Assembly: GCA_051002135.1 (NCBI GenBank)
Contig: JBPCMQ010000039.1
Span: forward strand, 25,510-89,509
Length of the DNA: 64,000 bases
Source: Chloroflexota bacterium
Lineage (GTDB): Bacteria; Chloroflexota; UBA5177
Direction of reading: 5' to 3'
Shown here piece after piece: positions 60,198 to 64,000 of this stretch (positions are counted from its first letter, which is position 1; each line of letters opens with the position of its first letter). Both the position numbers and the translations under genes were made by a program. The notes beneath the pieces were generated by a model. It made no database searches. It was not told the origin of the DNA and worked only from the letters and a program-made list of their open reading frames with translations.

Positions 60198-61396
60198 TCG
60201 GTACGGGGGATTACCCCTACTTTCTCGAGAGTCTCGACCGTGTCTTCGGTGCGGAAGGGGCCGAGCAGATGGTCACGACCGGCCTGGGGCCGGCCCTTGC
60301 TGCCTGGACGTCCGGCTGGGACCGGCTGTTTTTTGTCAACTCGCCAGGGGCTCAGAGCGTGTACGCTCTCATCCTGGCGGATGGACTCTCGCCGCAGCGC
60401 CTGCAAGCGCGATGGGATGAGATTGCCCGAGGCATAGCCTCGGGCGGCGCGCTGTCGGCCGGCACGCTCACCCTGATTGTCGTCGCCGTCTATGCGAACG
60501 GTGCGGATGCGAGCGCGTTGCGAGTGACGACGCGCGTCACGCCATCCTCGTACCTGCCCAATCTCAAGCCGGCCACCTGGGCCGTTGATCTGCGAAATCA
60601 GCAGCTCGAGATGCCGAGCCGGTTCCGCCGGCCGCGGGAAGCCTCGTGGATACGCGCCGCTCTCGCGACCGATGATGGATCGCGGATGGCGCCCGAGGCG
60701 GCGGCTGCTCGCTCTGAGGCGCGTCAGGCCCAGATGGACATGTTTTATGGCCTCATGCGCGGCCGCCAGCCCGTCCTGACGTACACCCTCATCGCGATCA
60801 ACGTCGTCGTCTACGGCCTGGAATCCTTCTATGGTGGTCCCGACAGCGAGCCGACCCTCCGGCGATTCGGCGCGCTTTTCTACGGACTGGCCGAACAGGG
60901 ACAGTGGTGGCGCTTTCTGACGATGATGTTCTTGCACGCCAGCCCCGAGCACATCCTCTTCAACATGATGTCCCTGTTCGTGGTGGGCACTCTGGCCGAG
61001 CGGCTCTACGGAAGCGCGAAGTTCCTGGCCATCTACCTGGGTTCCGGCCTGATAGCCTCGCTGACAAGCTTCGCCTGGGCCGTCACCCACGGCCAAACCA
61101 ACGGGGTCGCGGTGGGAGCGTCCGGAGCCATATTCGGCATCGCCGGGGCCCTGGTCTCGGTCCGATTCCAGTCGTCGGACGTCATTCCCCGCCAGCTGCG
61201 TGAGCGCGTCACATCCTCGATGCTTCCGATGGTCCTTCTCACTCTGGTATTTTCGCAGTTTCTCGCCGCCAACGTCGATCTCCGGGCTCATCTGGGCGGA
61301 CTGATTGGCGGTATCATACTGTCGCTGGTGATTGGCGTCACGGGCGCGAGGTCGGACCTTGCCTTCGTGCACTGGATGAGACGGAACGGCGGGTAG
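60194..61396 (+). CDS. Rhomboid-family intramembrane serine protease with a roughly 200-aa N-terminal domain of unknown function
   Basis: C-terminal half: WWRFLTMMFLHAS, GASGAIFG (GxSG) and a downstream His in TM6. GTG start overlaps the valS stop. Confidence 0.6.
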   Translation: MIGTGDYPYFLESLDRVFGAEGAEQMVTTGLGPALAAWTSGWDRLFFVNSPGAQSVYALILADGLSPQRLQARWDEIARGIASGGALSAGTLTLIVVAVYANGADASALRVTTRVTPSSYLPNLKPATWAVDLRNQQLEMPSRFRRPREASWIRAALATDDGSRMAPEAAAARSEARQAQMDMFYGLMRGRQPVLTYTLIAINVVVYGLESFYGGPDSEPTLRRFGALFYGLAEQGQWWRFLTMMFLHASPEHILFNMMSLFVVGTLAERLYGSAKFLAIYLGSGLIASLTSFAWAVTHGQTNGVAVGASGAIFGIAGALVSVRFQSSDVIPRQLRERVTSSMLPMVLLTLVFSQFLAANVDLRAHLGGLIGGIILSLVIGVTGARSDLAFVHWMRRNGG

Positions 61397-61442
61397 CGCC
61401 TCCGGGTGGGGCGGGAGTCCCGGCGTGAGGAAGGAGAGAACG

Positions 61443-64000
61443 ATGACCTCGGAGATACGGCTGCTCCTGGTCGACGGTCATGCCCTGATCCATCGTGCCT
61501 TCCATGCTCTTCCCGACCTGAGCACATCGTCGGGCGAGCTTGTTAACGCGGTGTTTGGCTTCAGCTCGATGTTGCTGAAAGCCATCGACACCGAGCGGCC
61601 CACGCACGTCATCATGGCCATGGATCGCCCCACACCCACCTTCCGACACGACGCTTATGCCGAGTACAAGGCGACACGACCACCGACACCCAGGCCGTTG
61701 GTCTCGCAGTTCGGTCGCGTCCGCGAGGTCGCCGAGGCCATGAACATCCCGATTTACGAGCAGGATGGATACGAAGCCGACGACATCCTCGGCACGCTGG
61801 CTCTCCAGGCCGAACGGGAGGGTCTCGAGACGGTGATCCTGACCGGCGATCTTGACGCGCTCCAGCTGGTTGACGCGCGCGTGTCGGTTCTGACACCGCG
61901 CCGGGGAATGGTGGACACGCGGATCTACGATACGGACGGGGTGCGTGAGCGATACGGTCTCGATCCCTCGCAAATCCCCGACTACAAGGCTCTGGTGGGA
62001 GATTCGTCCGACAATATTCCCGGCGTCAAGGGCATCGGTGACAAAACCGCGTCCAAGCTACTGCAGGCTCACGGCTCCGTCGAGGGATTGTACGACCACC
62101 TGGATGAGCTGGTCGAGAAAATGCGGGTCGCTCTGGAGCCGGCGCGTGAACGGGTTCTTCAGAGCAAGCGGCTGGCGACAATAGTCCGCACGGTGCCGGT
62201 ATCGTTGTCGCTCGACGGCAGTGCCTGGGGCGAGATCGATCGCGACCGGTTGATACGGCTTTTTGGGCTACTCGAGTTTCGTTCTCTTATCGAACGCATC
62301 CAGACGATGATGCCGAGGCCGATGGCGGCGACCGCGCTTCCAGGAGCGCCGGCCGAGCAGCTCAGCATGTTTGACGCGCGCGAGGCCCTTCCCAATCGGG
62401 AGGTCGCGCGCCTTCAAAGCGACGATGCGACCTACGTCGCGACCTCGATCGCGGTCCTCGAGGCCGCGGATCCGCAGCCGTTGGGAACCGTGACGCGCAT
62501 CGTCGACGACCGGGCGTCCCTGCAGGCGCTTGTCGACGACCTGCGGGCCGCCGGTACCTTCGCCATGGATAGCGCGACCGCCGGAACGGACGCTCTGCGC
62601 GCCACCCTCGTCGGACTGTCCTTTGCGACGAGGCCCGGTCATGCCTGGTACGTTCCGCTCGCGCATGCCGAGGGGAAACAGGTTCCACTTGTCGACGTGA
62701 TTCGGGCTCTCGCGCCGGTATTCGAGGACGAGAGTGTGCGCAAGATCGCTCATGACCTCAAGTACGGCATGACGGTCTTACGGGAGCACGGCATGACGTT
62801 GCGCGGTTTGCATCTCGATACGATGGTGGCCGCGTACCTGGCCAATCCGGTGGGACGCGGCCTCTCGCTCGACGCTCTCGCACTGGTCAGGCTCAACCGC
62901 GAAATGACGCCCATAGAGAGCCTCCTCGGCAAGGGCAAGAATCAGGTGACGATGGACCTTGTCGACATAGAGGCAGGCGCCTCTCACGCCGGCGAGGATG
63001 CCGACGTCACGCTTCAGCTGACCGAGCTGTTGCTCGCCGATCTGGAAGTCAAGCAGCTCACCTCACTCCTCAACGACGTGGAGATGCCGCTGGTCGAGGT
63101 GCTGGCGGACATGGAGCGAGCGGGGATCGCCCTCGACACCGCTTCCCTGGCAGAGATGTCGCGCGATATGACGGAATCCCTCGGGGAGCTGGAGGCGCGC
63201 ATCTACGAGCGAGCCGGCCAGCGCTTCAATATCAGCTCCACGCAACAGCTGGGACAGATCCTCTTCGTGCAGCTTCAGCTGCCCTCCGGTAAGCGCACGA
63301 AGAGCGGCTACTCGACGGACATCGAGGTACTGGAGCGGCTGAAGGGTGCTCACCCCATCGTCGACGACATCCTCGAGTACCGCCAGCTGATCAAGCTCAA
63401 GAACACATACGTGGACGCATTGCCGGCCCTGATCAATCCGCGAACGGGAAGGGTGCACACCGACTTCAATCAGACCGTCGCCGCCACCGGCAGGCTTAGC
63501 TCGTCCAATCCCAACCTGCAGAACATCCCCGTGAGAGGCGACCTGGGGAGGCAAATCAGACGCTCTTTTGTTCCGTCAAAGGCCGGCAACCTGCTCCTGG
63601 CCGCGGACTACTCCCAGATCGAGCTGCGCGTTCTGGCATCCATGTCTGGAGACGATCGGCTACTGCGAGCGTTTCTAACGAACGAGGACATTCATCGAGC
63701 CACCGCGTCGGCGGTCTTTGGGGTGCACATCGACAACGTGACAGCCGATCAGCGGCGCATCGCCAAGGTCGTCAATTTCGGCATCGTGTACGGCATCGGC
63801 GAGGCGCGACTGGCCTACGAGACCGGCATCTCGCGTCGGGAAGCCGGCGAATTCATCGCCAATTACAACCAGACATACGCCGGCGTCAAGGCGTTCATGG
63901 ACAGTGTTCGGCTGAGCGCCTACGAGGACGGATACGTGACGACCCTCCTGGGACGACGGCGGTACGTGCCCGAGATCCACTCGGCCAACCCCGGCCTGCG
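61443..64000 (+). CDS. polA: DNA polymerase I (5'-3' exonuclease, 3'-5' exo-like and polymerase domains). 3' end truncated by the window.
   Basis: Open frame from the ATG at 61443 (AAGGAGAG upstream) to the window end. Encodes LLLVDGHALIHRAFHAL (FEN domain) and later RRIAKVVNFGIVYGI polymerase motifs. Confidence 0.9.
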   Translation, partial: MTSEIRLLLVDGHALIHRAFHALPDLSTSSGELVNAVFGFSSMLLKAIDTERPTHVIMAMDRPTPTFRHDAYAEYKATRPPTPRPLVSQFGRVREVAEAMNIPIYEQDGYEADDILGTLALQAEREGLETVILTGDLDALQLVDARVSVLTPRRGMVDTRIYDTDGVRERYGLDPSQIPDYKALVGDSSDNIPGVKGIGDKTASKLLQAHGSVEGLYDHLDELVEKMRVALEPARERVLQSKRLATIVRTVPVSLSLDGSAWGEIDRDRLIRLFGLLEFRSLIERIQTMMPRPMAATALPGAPAEQLSMFDAREALPNREVARLQSDDATYVATSIAVLEAADPQPLGTVTRIVDDRASLQALVDDLRAAGTFAMDSATAGTDALRATLVGLSFATRPGHAWYVPLAHAEGKQVPLVDVIRALAPVFEDESVRKIAHDLKYGMTVLREHGMTLRGLHLDTMVAAYLANPVGRGLSLDALALVRLNREMTPIESLLGKGKNQVTMDLVDIEAGASHAGEDADVTLQLTELLLADLEVKQLTSLLNDVEMPLVEVLADMERAGIALDTASLAEMSRDMTESLGELEARIYERAGQRFNISSTQQLGQILFVQLQLPSGKRTKSGYSTDIEVLERLKGAHPIVDDILEYRQLIKLKNTYVDALPALINPRTGRVHTDFNQTVAATGRLSSSNPNLQNIPVRGDLGRQIRRSFVPSKAGNLLLAADYSQIELRVLASMSGDDRLLRAFLTNEDIHRATASAVFGVHIDNVTADQRRIAKVVNFGIVYGIGEARLAYETGISRREAGEFIANYNQTYAGVKAFMDSVRLSAYEDGYVTTLLGRRRYVPEIHSANPGL

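Overview
High-GC (visually about two-thirds G+C) bacterial chromosomal window. It is densely packed with housekeeping and cell-envelope genes, mostly on the minus strand. Many long antisense shadow ORFs in the six-frame track are artefacts of the GC richness.

Main blocks, left to right:
1. A complete sulfur-carrier cysteine biosynthesis operon: rhodanese–E1 (MoeZ-like), cysO, cysM, JAMM peptidase.
2. A UbiA-family prenyltransferase, metK, an AlkP-family protein, an aminotransferase, an MBL-fold hydrolase and fdxA.
3. A cell-wall polymer linkage-unit cluster: TagA/WecB-like, UDP-ManNAc dehydrogenase-like, WecA/TagO-like.
4. A YcaQ-like protein, a PAP2 protein and a GT-C-like membrane protein.
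5. proC, usp, a repeat-containing coiled-coil protein, tRNA-His, a sortase, vapBC and tRNA-Val.
6. gatCAB, then the HspR-type heat-shock operon dnaK-grpE-dnaJ-hspR followed by clpB, then lon.
7. selD with an in-frame UGA selenocysteine codon.
8. A DUF1611 gene.
9. A phosphatidylinositol/PIM-like lipid operon: arsR, ino1, acyltransferase, pimA-like GT, PI synthase.
10. A second AlkP-family gene, moaC, a sigma-54 enhancer-binding regulator and selB.
11. An EPS-type cluster: GT, polyprenyl glycosylphosphotransferase, Wzz/CpsC-like protein, degenerate CpsD-like domain.
12. coaBC, rpmE, DUF1385, prfA, prmC, tsaC, valS, a rhomboid protease and polA (3'-truncated at the window end).

The most striking observation is that the organism decodes selenocysteine: selD carries UGA at the GxGCK cysteine position, and selB is present. 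The rhodanese–E1 gene of the CysO operon also has an in-frame TGA exactly at the conserved ThiF/MoeB active-site cysteine. A similar downstream hairpin with a CGUGC loop follows both TGAs, which makes a selenocysteine-containing sulfur-carrier-activating E1 plausible. selA and tRNA-Sec were not found in the window. No CRISPR arrays, transposases or integrases were recognised.
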